A DNA stretch of 64,000 nucleotides from contig QPGO01000004.1 in NCBI GenBank assembly GCA_008632985.1, positions 806,001-870,000 of the forward strand, read 5' to 3'. Every line of letters starts with the position of its first letter. Positions within the stretch are counted from its first letter, which is position 1. The notes beneath the pieces were generated by a model that saw only the letters and a list, made by a program, of their open reading frames with translations, made no database searches and had not been told where the DNA came from. The translations under genes were made by a program, and so were the position numbers. Positions 24,457 through 36,299 of this stretch are shown piece by piece. The stretch comes from Psammoneis japonica. Taxonomy: Eukaryota.

Positions 24457-24574
24457 TGTCTGGGTGCAGAAGGTGTGCATGGCATCAATCTGTTGCTGCT
24501 TTTTGCAATGTCTTGTCTGGGTGCAGAAGGTGTGCATGGCATCAATCTGTGTTGCTGCCTTTTGCAATGTCTTG
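24457..24574 (+). repeat. ~57-bp tandem duplication inside gypsy integrase
   Basis: TGTCTGGGTGCAGAAGGTGTGCATGGCATCAATCTGT at 24457 and 24514. Confidence 0.9.
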
Positions 24575-26596
24575 GGTGCAACAATTTTTTCCTTGTGACA
24601 CATGAGCAACCAGTCTCACACTCGCCTCCACAAAAAGTCTTCACAAAACATGTCATGTCCAACAATTTGGAGAGAATGTCTTCACCCCACTTTTGTTCAG
24701 CATCCAGAATTTTGTGTGTCAAGGGAAAGACATTGTCTCAGGATTTGGGTGAAACTTTCTCAGCCAGATCTTCAATGCTGAGGTTTCCCATGGGTTCAAT
24801 TTTTTCACAGCAAGTCAGCTGATCATGTCTGTGACAATGTTTGCCTTGCTCTCAAGGCAAACCAATTCAGGGCTGCATTCTTCTGTTGTCATTTGCCAAT
24901 GCATGACTCTGTCCATTGTGAAGTTCTTGTGGGTGAGATTCTCACGATCCGTGTGCACATCAATCTGTTGGCCAAACAGCATGTTCCAGAATTCCTTGAG
25001 TGTCTCTCCACTGTGGGTGGAAGTTCTGTTTCTGTTGGAGTGCAGTGTGTCTGTGCTCCATTTAACTTGTGACTGCAGAAGGCAACAGGTTGGTTGTTCT
25101 ACACAATGACTGGCCCCAATTGAGAATTGCTTGCGCAGGCATGTGTCTCAAAGAGTTTGTTGAAATTTGGATGTGAAAATGATGTGCATTTTGAAACAAT
25201 TGTTTGCTTCACATTTTTGAAGGTGTTTTGTTCAATTTCAGTCCATTGCCACTTCACCTTGGATGAGGTGAGTTTGGCCAAAGGAGCAAGAACATGAGAT
25301 TGTTGAGGCCACACATCTCAACAGCAGTCAATCGTGCCAACAAAACATTGCAATTCCTTGCAAGTTTTGGGAGTTGCAATCAACTGAATCACCTCCACTT
25401 TCTTTGGCATTGGGCTGATGCCATTGTGGGTGACATGAAAGCATGGACAGTCTGCTTTGGGTTTTGCAAAGAAGGACTTTTTGGCATTGATCTTCAACCC
25501 AGCTTGTTCAAGGCACATGAGTGCTGTTTCAAGCTTTTTGAGATGGTCTTGAAAATCACCTTTTGTGAGACACAGTGTGTCATCAGTGCAATCATTGAGT
25601 TCTGATGGACTCCAGACTTGCCGTGAGTTCACTCATGTGCTCTTAAAAAATGTCTGGAGCTCCACAGATTTCCATGGGCAGTCTGCAGCACTCACATTTG
25701 CCTCAAGGCATGAGGACAGTGCACAAGTGACATGGCAGCATCCCATGTAAAAATCAAGTGAAGCAGCACACACAAAACCTTCAAGTTTTTGCAGCATGTC
25801 TTGAATGTCAGGCAGAGAGAATGGAGCACACATTGACCTCTCATTCAGTTCACGGAAGTTGGACAGAAACCAAACTTGACCTTTTTTTGTTGAACAAAGG
25901 TTGGAGCTGCCCATTTGGAACAATTTGTTTTTCTCAAGACTTTCAACTTGCACAGTCTTTCAACTTCCTTTCAAGCAGTTGCCTCCAAGCCTTGTGGTGC
26001 AGAAAATGGCTTCGCGTGATGCGGACTCACGCCCAATTTCAACTTGAGATCCACAGGCTTCCTGGTCCATTTGCCTGGAAAACCATCAAAAAGGTTTTCA
26101 AATCTTTTTAGGGGGGAAGTTCAACTGCTTCTGCTCCTCTGGAGTTAGATGAGTTGCTGCTGCAGCCACATTGTCAAGGCCAGCTGTGTGATGATCTGAG
26201 TCAAGAATCCAGCTGACCCTGTCATTGAGGCTGATCATGGTGTGAGATTCCCAATGTGATTGGCAATCAGCTTGAACACCACATCAGCATCAAAAAGTGC
26301 ATCAACATTCTTCACAGGTGCAGCTGCTTTCTCCCATTTGATTTCTTTGTTTGCAAAGTCCAATGTGGTCCCAAGACTGGACATTGAGTTGCAACCTGTG
26401 ATCACATCACAATGACTCAAAGAAGAAGGGGCATTGTCAACACATGCCGTTGTTTCTGTCATCTTGTGTTTGTCAAATTCAGGTGAAGAGAACTGCGCTG
26501 CACAGCAACTGTCAGCCATGAAGAGCCCACCCTTGGTTTCCCAAGTTTTGGTGGCAGATTTCTTCATTCTCAGTTTCATTTTGAATTTGCACAAAA

Positions 26597-26614
26597 TTGT
26601 GGTTGACAACATTC
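26597..26614 (+). repeat. Left target-site duplication of the LINE (TTGTGGTTGACAACATTC)
   Basis: Identical 18-mer at 34440-34457. Confidence 0.93.
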
Positions 26615-29600
26615 ACTTTTCTACACAAGCACACATTGGTCGTTTCCACGTAGAATTCTGCGAGCTTTTTGCACCAAGCAGCCGTCACCATGACGACCCC
26701 TCCTCCACGCAGGCTGGCCCTGCCAGTGTTCCTCCCCCGGATCCTCCCCCCATTGTGGATTACACCCCATCGACTCCAACAAGAACTGGGTCCAAAAAGT
26801 CCAACGCAATTGGCCCTGACGAAATCACGATCCATTTTGAGTTGACGTCGGCAGAGGACAATGCCTCTGCGGTGCCAGCTGTGGGTCACACCACTGTCCT
26901 CCATGCCCCACAACAAAAAGCATCTCAAGATCCTTTGACCCACAAAATCTCCATCATGTCGAATCGAGGAATTGATGTTCCCGACATCAACGTCGTCGAA
27001 TGGAATTCTGGACTAACTCATTCGCAACACTTCGTGGTTCACCGCGTCGGAGGCACCCGCCGCCGCCCTCCTGCTCACATCATCGCCCACCGCATCCGTG
27101 CTGCTTTGACTCTTGCCGAAATCAGGAATGTTCCCTTTGTTCACAAAGTTCTCAAAGATGACGGCATTTACATGCGACGTCATGAATGGGACGAAACTGC
27201 CGTCGATTTATCTCGTGTTGCCCTTGTTCTCGATTTCGCGCCAAAGCATTACCCTGCGGACATTGTTCAGAAACGACTCATGTCAATTCTGCCACCCCGC
27301 AGTCGCTCCAAGGTTCCCTTCTGGTTGATTGTTCAATCGGCAACATCCCCACTCGACAAGGATGTCAAAGCAACTTTCTACACAATCGAGACTCCTCGAG
27401 ACCGAGCCAAAGATGTGATTGCTGCTTTGATGGAAGTGCTGAAGGATCATCCTTTAGCGGTTGTCTTCACTCGCTGGCGGTGCACCCAACCAGAACAATT
27501 CGACAAAGCAGTTCGGAAGCAACGTAAAACCGCAGCCATGCTCCATGTGATTCCATTGTTGCGTTACACTGATGGAGTGCATTTTTACATGTCTGACAAA
27601 ATTGCAACAATCCCCGGAGCAGTGGACGTCGTTCCAGCAAAGAAGAAAACCTTGATTCCCCATCACAACATTCTCGTGGACAAACTGTGCTTTCACAAAG
27701 CCAAAGAACAAATCACTGAAAACTTGTCGGAATGGACAAACAATCGTTCATTCACCAACCACATCCTGTGATTCCGGGTCTCAATGACGACATCTCCGGC
27801 ACAGCTCAGTCCATTGCCTCGGCGACCATCCAAAGCTGGAAGTCGTCAGACATTTCTGATGTCTCGCCTTCTGACTCCCATGCCACCAAACCTGCTCCAC
27901 AGCCATCCCCCCCACCGGTTCCACGAAACGTCGGGATTCACGGAGGTTTTCAGACCTTTGCCCAAGCACTGGAAAGTTCCACAAGCGCGGCAGTGCCAAG
28001 AGCAACCCCAACTTCGGAGTTGACATCTCAGACTGACGACATCGCAGAACTCAAACAAATGGTCTTACAGCACCATCAGGAACAGGATCGTCGGTTAGAG
28101 CAGCCAGAACAGCAACATCAGGCATCTCTTGAGCAACTTGCATTAAAGTTTCAATCTCTGATTCAAGAAACAATTTCAACCATGTCTCAAGGTGCAGCAT
28201 CTCCTCAGAGGAAGAAACCTGCACTTTCCGCTCCGGCAGGGTCTTCATCTCATCATCCTCCCAACGACACCACTGTGGACGACGCCGAACAAGATGACTC
28301 AGTTTTTTCCTGGGGCAGGACCAGTCGTCTCACCTGCCTGGCTCCCATGACGCACACGCCAGTCGCACTTCTCAGTCTTTCTTCGAGAAAGCATGGCATC
28401 ACACCCGGGGGTGACACCCCTTCGGTGGCACTTAATCCCGCTGCTCAGCAGTGGTCCCAGATGTTGTCAGGCAGAAGTTTTGCACCTCTCTCCAGCACTG
28501 TTGATCACACTGCTTTGCAACAGAATGACCCGATCGGAGATCAGTTAGGCCCTAAATCTCCTGAACACACACGATTGCACGTGTTCAACGCAAACGGATG
28601 CGCTCATGACCTCCAAGGTGGCGACTTCAATGCACATTCTCAAGTCGCTGTGGAAGTGCAGGCAGATGTCGTTGGAACATCCGAAACTTGCTCAGACACT
28701 GCGCAGTTCAAAGTCCGACAGAGTTGCTCCAATGCAGTTTGCCAGTCTCTTCATCACGGCCGTTTGACGTTGTCATCCTCCAAGACCACCTTTTCTGCTC
28801 CTTACAAACCAGGGGGCACCGCCTCATTTTCATGTGATTCCCTGTCTTCACGTTGCCGTGCCCAATGTGAGGATCCCCTTGGAAGATGGTCCATTCAAAT
28901 TTTCGATGGACGCCACGGATGGCAAGTGATGTTTGTGTCTTGTTGTCGAGTTTGCTCTGGCTCTTCGGTTGCAGGAAAAACAACAGCCTGTGCTCAACAG
29001 GTGGCACTGCTGCGACAACAAGGGCGAGCGAACCTAGACCCAAGACGATCCTTTTGTGCTGACCTGACTCGGATCTTAGAGAGGTTTCTCGATGACACCG
29101 ACCGAGAGGTTGTTCTGTTCGGAGACTTCAATGCAGACTTCCGAACTGATGACGACACCCTCGCTTCCATGGCGCAACGGTTCAACATGTCTGATGCAAT
29201 GTATCACCATCAAGAAGACCTTGAATTTTCCACTTGCATGAGAGGATCTTGTCGGTTAGACTTCGTTTTGGCAACCCCAGGGGCTTTGGCAGCCTCTAGA
29301 AAGTGTGGACACGAATCTTTCGGATGTCGCACATCTTCGGATCACCGAGCGCATTTTGTCGATTTTGACACAGTGGCATTGTTTGGCAACCCTGCCGTCG
29401 ACCCACCACGTGCCGAACACCGTGACCTGCAAGCAAATGCTCCCAAACACATCACCACATGCCTGGAGACAATGGCTTCACTGTTGTGCAGCCGAAACGT
29501 CACGGCGCGAACCGAAGCCTTGATCCAGTCCTCGACTCCAGACCACAGACTCGCAGAGAGACTTGATCGGGACATCCTGCAGTTTTCCATGTCGTCTGCG

Positions 29601-32600
29601 AAGCATTGCCGATGACATGAAGAACCAGCATGGTCTGTTAAACTGGCTGGTCTCCGTCGACAGATTTTCGCATTGTCCAGGATGATGTCGATGTTTCGTG
29701 CCAAGGTCGACATGGTGCCTTCGATTCTGCGTGCTAAGTTTGACCTCAAAGATTCCTTTGTTCTCCCAATTGCCCCACAGGAATGTGCGATTGCTCTGCG
29801 AAAAGCTCAGTCAGAGTGCCGTCAGGCAGCACGCGAATGTCAGCAACATCGAGACGAAGAACAAGATGCCCGCATCGCTGAACTCGAACTGGATGGCACC
29901 AAACAATCGAAGGCCACTGCACGAATTTTACGGAATCAACATTGTGCAGAAGAAACCAAGAGGGCATTCAGGAAGATCAATGCGTGCAAGAGAGCGGAAG
30001 GAGCCAGCGTCCGAACCATTCAGATTCCTGAAGATCCCAGAGATGATCCCAAAACATGCGAGAATTGGATGACGATCGACGCTCCAGACGATGTGGAATC
30101 AGCTCTCCAACACAGAAACCAACGGCACTTCGGCCAGGCACAAGGCACTCCCCCTGCAGTTCCACCTCTGTCAGTCGACTTGGGCTGTGAAGGTGACACA
30201 GCAATGGCGGATCTAATCCTAGACGGAGAATGCGAAACCAGTCACCTGAACCGTGCTGCTTCGTTGTTGATGCAACACCTTCGACGAAGGACTCCATCAG
30301 CAGTTTCAAATTCCCTCACCCCAGAGGCACTTCGCTCAAAGACAAAACTGTGGTCAGAGTCAACGTCTGCCTCCTTGAAGTCAGGGCCACATTTGGGACA
30401 CTGGAAAGCTGTGTGTGCTCCACATTCCCACTCCAATGATTGTGATGAAGACGGCATCCCTTCAGATCGGAAAGAGTTGTCAGACTCAGTTCAGCAGTCA
30501 CCAGTGTCTGTGCGACTCAATCTGATCAACTGTGCACTAAAGTGGGGATGCTCACACGAACGGTGGAAGGACATGGTCAATGTCATGATCTTCAAAGAAC
30601 CAGGCAATGACAAAATACACCGACTGCGAGTGATTCACATTTACGAGGCGGACTTTCAACTCATTGCAAGTGTGAAGTGGCGTGAGTTAGCCCAGCACAT
30701 GGAACATCATCGAATGCACAATCCCGGCATTTGCAGATGTCGCTCCTTCCTCTCTGCTCAAACTCCTGTGTTTCTCGAAAACATGATGCTGGAGACATCG
30801 CGCGCCTCACGGAAAACCTCACTCACAAGTGACGACGACTGCACCTCTTGCCACAACAGGAACATTCCAGCGACAGCAGGTCTCTGCGCAAAGAGCGATG
30901 GGATGCATGAGAAAGTTGTGAAAGTGAACGTGGCAACTCTGCACCACGCACGGCATTGGTTACGCACTTTGTTGGGACTCGCCCGAAAAAGTTGTTCTCA
31001 TTCCCCCGAGCACCCGTTGCATGGAACAGGACAAGGCAGCGGCAACTCTCCCTGGTGCTGGAACACTCTGTGCAGCAGACTGTTTGACATCTTTGACGCA
31101 GAAGCCATCGGCTCATTTTTCGAAACTCCGGATGGACAGTTTTACATCCGCGCACACAACAGAGGTTATGTTGACGATGCGTCTAAGCAGGTGAACGACT
31201 TTAGAGCAAGCCCTCAGCCCTCAGCACTCGAGCCATCTCAGGCACTTCAATCAGACAACCAGTTGTGGTGTGACTTGCTGGACGCAGCTGGACACGAACT
31301 AGAATTACCGAAGTGTTCTTTCCACGCCATCGAATGGGATTTTACCGAGTGCGGTGAACCGTGTGTTCGACCTTGTCACGACGACATCGAGGTGGAGATT
31401 TTTTCCGCCGACCGTTCCACTTCACGTTGCAGCAAGCAATTGTCAGCTTACACTCCCCATAAAACTCTGGGACATTGCATGGCTCCCATCGGTGCGCAGA
31501 AGACTCAGCTGCAGAAATTACAACACAAGAGCGACACTGTTTCGTCATTTCTTCGGTCATGTCCTTTGGATCGTACAGAAACCTGGCGATGTTGCCATGC
31601 CTGTTGCCTCTCATCGATGACATGTGTTCTGGCTAACTCTAATTTTCTCCCGAAAGAATTGCAACAGGCACAACAGAAGGCTGTGCGAACGATTTTTGCA
31701 AAATGCGGCTACAACAGAAACACGAAACGTCTTGTTCTTTACGGTCCCCAGGCTTTAGGAGGAGGAGGGTTTCGATCGCTCGACACAGAACAAGGAGTTG
31801 CCCAATTGCTGCAACTGCTGAAGCACTCAAGAGGAGTTGCCCATCTTCAACTTGGGGAAGATCAACCATGCAAGTTACTTCACATTGCCGTTGCATGGAT
31901 TCAGTTAAACTTGGGGACAGGCGACAGTTTTTTGTGGGACGTGGAGACAGAGTTGCCACACATGGAATCGCGATGGTTCGTGTTGGTCCGAGCATTTCTG
32001 CAACGGATCAACGGCCGAGTGTTCCTAACTCACAATGGAACACTTCCGCTACAATGAGACAACGACCAATGTCTGATGGACATCGTTTTGAGATCCAAGA
32101 CCTTCTCTGCACGAGAGATTCGGTGGATTGGTCATTGCCGATTGTTCCTTCGGGTCTTGTCTGTCTCGGATGTCACTCTTTCAGATGGTGTTGCAATTGA
32201 CGGTTCAAAAGTGAAAGGGGAACCCTCTCTGTGCAGCAGCCCAAGCACCCTTGACAACGTCGAACAATGCAAACCGTGCAAGCGAGCTTGGACAGCGTGG
32301 GGGAAATTCTGTGCAAGTTTGTGTGGTCCAAAATCACTTCAACTGAAGGAACCTCTCGGCGATTGGTCATTTCCTCCGTCAAAAATGAGGATGCAATCTA
32401 CCGCTTGCTGCTCCCCATCTGAAGAGCACTTGTGCGTTTGTTCATTGGAAGGTCATGACATTTTCCAGGTGAACGGAACTACAACTGATTCAATTGTCGA
32501 GATCGAGACCGTTCCAACCCCCTCCGAAGAGTCTCACCCAGCAGAGGTTTCTGCACTCGAGGACGGACAATGGCGATTTGAAATTCCGCGTACATCACTC

Positions 32601-34439
32601 ACACCTCCATCAACCCCAGATGCACCGGACTCCTTTTTCGAGAGCCTGCAACGATTGGAACTTTGGGAGTCTACATTGTTTGATGCTTTGGAACTGCATG
32701 TGTCCTCTCAAGCATTGGTTCAACACTTTCTTTCGTCAACTCTCACTGCAGGCAGTGACGGCTCTGTACGTGAGGGAGCCACGTTCGGCTGGACGATTAC
32801 CTTGAACGGCACTCCACCAGTCGATTGTGCTGGCCCTGTGTTCGGGAAGAAACCTTCCTCGTATCGCGCGGAAGCCTGCGGCATTCTTTCAATCGCTCGG
32901 TTCATTTGCCGATTGTGTGAACATTGTCGGATTTCTGCTCCATTGGACGCGGTGATTCACTGTGACAACAAAGCTTTGGTCGAATGCCTGTCTCGGTTGA
33001 CATCTGCTCCACCTGTGATCGACCCAGGAGACGAAGCACACACCATGCATGATTTTCACATTCGGCATCACGGCGCCAATGCCATGTCCTCAGACTGGGA
33101 TGTCTTGAACAAAATTCTTTGTGCCCAGCGAACGTTGAAGCTGCTCTCGGAGTCGACGGACATGACTCTTCCCACAGTTTCTTGGGTGAAAGGACATCAA
33201 GACAGGCACACTCCAGTTCACACCTTGCCCTTAAATGCAAGAGTCAACATCCGGGCGGACAGATTGGCAGGATCATGTCAAGGCCACTGCCTGTGCGACA
33301 CCGATCAGGTCAAGCATCTTCCTCATTGCCATTCTTGTTTCAAGACAGAGGGCGGTGCGGTGACTTCCAATTGCAAGAAACAAATCAGATGCGCTGCCAC
33401 AGCTCCCCCACTGCCAGAGTGCATCGTCGAACGTAGCCAATGGACTGATGCGGTGATCGAGCAAGTTGACTGGAATGCACACGCAATCCCAGTGAAACGC
33501 CATTCAAAGCAGCACGTGAACACGGTCAAATTGGTTCACGATTTGCCACCCACGAATGAAATCGTCCACAGACATGACCCAGTGCGTCCCCACCAGTGCA
33601 TTGCGTGTGATCATCCAATGGAAGACAGGGATCACATTCTACGATGCCCCAACAACGAGCAGTGGAGGAGGAAGTTTTTACAAGGATTGCGCCGCTGTTG
33701 TGACAAGGTGGACACCATGCCTGTCCTACGTGACTTTCTTCTGGATGTGTCACAGGCTTGGTTTAATGAGGAAATCACTTGTCTTGCGGATGTGGATTAC
33801 AGACTCAAAGAGTTGTGGAAAGCCCAGACTGACATTGGCTGGAGACAGATTTTTAATGGTCGATGTTCGTTTGTGTGGAACCTGCTGCAATCCGGCCACC
33901 TTCGTGATTCAGGTGTCTTGAGGCAATGTCAAGAAGAGAACAAGCAGCCACCGGATTGGACCGTCCAGGTCGGATCACACATGTGGAGAAGTTGGTGGGA
34001 ACTGTGGGAGGAACATGACAAGCTCGTCCACGGGCACGACGTGGAATCTCGTAAGTCTTCCCAGCGGCGAAGGGTGGAGGCCGAATTGACTGCGATTTGC
34101 AACAAACGTCAGGAGCATTTGGCGAAAGATGGAGGCGTGCTGCTTGACTCGGTCGAGGAACACCGTACATTTTCGACGACGAGGATTCAAAATTGGATTT
34201 CAATGGTGCGACCACGCCTCCAAGACAGCTTGAAAGAAGCCAAACGCCCAGCCAAACGTGGCACTCGCACCATTTGTAGCTACTTCCGTCGGGCGCCCCC
34301 CACTGGGGGCACCGGGTCAGGCCAATTGCACACAATTTCTGCCGCATCCTTTTAGGGTGTGCTGGAAGTGTGGGTCAGCCGGCGCCGGTGTTGCTGGGCA
34401 AAGGTGCAACAGCACTTAAAAATTAGAGTTTGGTTTTTT
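26615..34439 (+). mobile_element. Near full-length non-LTR retrotransposon, Ambal-like (ORF1; APE endonuclease-RT-RNase H)
   Basis: APE motifs FNANG, FGDFNA, RLDFV, SDHRA; RT motifs KIHRLRVIHIYEAD, GTGQGSGNSP, GYVDD, LELPKC; RNase H motifs SDGS, SSYRAE, HCDN, WVKGHQD, ADRLA; ORFs at 27732, 29673 and 32076 share one frame; 18-bp TSD. Confidence 0.93.
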
Positions 34440-34457
34440 TTGTGGTTGACAACATTC
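34440..34457 (+). repeat. Right target-site duplication of the LINE
   Basis: Identical to 26597-26614. Confidence 0.93.
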
Positions 34458-35790
34458 TGCCATCAAGGAGAATGTGCAGAGGCTCATTCTTTGCTTTGCC
34501 CAGAGAGGCATTCACACAAGCAATGACTGACAGACTGGCATGAATTGCTTTGACCCTTTTTCTGGCTTTCTGACATCCAGTGGCATGCAAGACTCCTCAA
34601 GCGGCACCAGTCATTCTTCAGCATTGCTGCACATCATTTTTCAAACCAACAATTCTCTTTTTGCTGAGAGAATCAGAATCATGTTCCTTGCTCTTGCGCT
34701 TTGTGTTGTTGTTCAAAGAACTTGTCTTGAGTGCTTTTTGAACTGCCTGGAGAACCATGGCACTCTCTGCTCTTCTTTGTGAGTGGCATTTTTGTTGTCG
34801 CGATGTGACCACATGTGACTGCCATTTGAATGACGCTGTTTTGGATCACGTTTGTGATTTCCGTGACATTCTTTTGCCAGCCATTTAATGACCCAGCACT
34901 TGCCCACATTGTGAGTGGGTTTTTAGCAGCAGTTGCGCCACTTGTCAGACTCAGACAATTGCTTGGCACCAGATTGGTGACCATTTTTAGAACCATGATT
35001 GGACCCATCTTTGTGGCTTTTGATCCAGGTTTGTTGCTGGCATCAGCCTTGACATGAACAGCATCAAAGATTTCCTCAGCAACCTCCAGACACTCAAAAA
35101 ACTTGACCAACTCATTGAGGCATGCTTCAACATTTCAAAACCTTGAGGGGTTGACTGGCGCTGCCATTTGTGAGGTGCAAGGTTGCAGAGAACATCCTTG
35201 AGCTCATCCTCCTCGATTTTCTGACCTTCATCAAAGGGAGGACAGAGCTTGAGGTCTTTGTTGACTTCTTGGACCCAAGCGGCAATTTCCCTGATCTTCA
35301 AGCTCTGGTTTCTTGAGATTGTGCTGCAAATTGTGCTTCTGAATCTGAAGTGCATTCTTTGAGAAAACATGTCTTGCAAGGCACTGTTGACATTTTTCAA
35401 AAACTCCCTTGCTCTCTTCATCTTCAACATTCATGTCGCCATTCTCAAATGCATGCAGAGCATCTCCCTGCAGCAACGTGCACATGAGACAGAACTTGTC
35501 CACTTGCTTCTTGATGTTCTGACCCACCAAGAGTTGATCATGATTCTTTGACAATTCAATGTGCTTGTTGGGAATGCCTTGCTTCTTGCAATGCTTGACA
35601 TTGATGGTGCAAGTGTTGCTGTTCTTCTTCAATGGGTCTTGACAAATTGCTGTGGCATTGCAAGAATTGCAAAGCACTTGCAAAGTGAGTGTGTTGCTTC
35701 AGCAGAGCGGAGACAGCATGGCTGTGTTGAGGCTTGGTGTGATTGTTGTTCATTGTGGGTGCTTGTTTCTCTCAGTGCCTGCATGATTTA
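34458..35790 (-). mobile_element. Decayed gag and protease N-half of the same gypsy element
   Basis: LLVGQNI...LLQGDALHAFE, KIREIAAWVQEVN..L.LCPPF, EDELKDVL...PHKWQRQ..QGF, VKFFECLE; joins the 26614 fragment across the TSD. Confidence 0.8.
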
Positions 35791-36299
35791 AACCAGATTT
35801 CTCAATGTCAAATGTCCCAAATGTTGTGGTGGATGGTTCAAGACAAGGTGGGACAAATGGTGATGGACTTGGGAATGTGTGTTTCATTGCAATTGGTGGA
35901 ACAAAGATGACAAAACAAATTGGGCCTGGCAACCCTGGCTGCTGTACATTGGCCATCCCAGCATGAGCCAGATGAGGAGGCAGGAATGTGAGCCATGCCA
36001 ACCACAGCTGCAATTGCTGCACCATTGCCAAAGCCGGTGACATCCACTCCATCAAACAAGGCCCCGGTTTGGTGGCTCAGACAGGTCAAGAAGGCATCAA
36101 GCCTTTGTTCAGCAAAGAGTGGACAAGATTGTGGCACATGGTGCCAGGCAAAGAAAGAAAATGTTGACATGATGGGCATGTCCCTCCCAGTGGCTGTCAG
36201 AGCCAGCAGCAGTTTAATGTCATCCACATGCTCCCACAATCCAGAAGCAATCATCAGCAACTTTTCTTGGGTTGTAAAAGTCTTTTCCTGGATGAGCAT

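Larger units (their letters stand above)
23230..26614 (-). mobile_element. Decayed Ty3/gypsy LTR retrotransposon, pol part (PR-RT-RNaseH-INT)
   Basis: Minus-strand fragments in gypsy order: WETKGGLF (protease C-half), NFRELNE and ASLDFYMGCCHV (RT), DCTDDTL (decayed YxDD), HACASNSQLG (RNase H), PWEQLCVDLIGP (integrase), VNICCITPF; purine tract near 23475-23490. Confidence 0.88.

Noticed and set aside
29613..32057. In-frame TGA as selenocysteine, readthrough or an alternative genetic code
   Set aside because: Better explained by CGA>TGA; host genes in the window use TGA as a normal stop.
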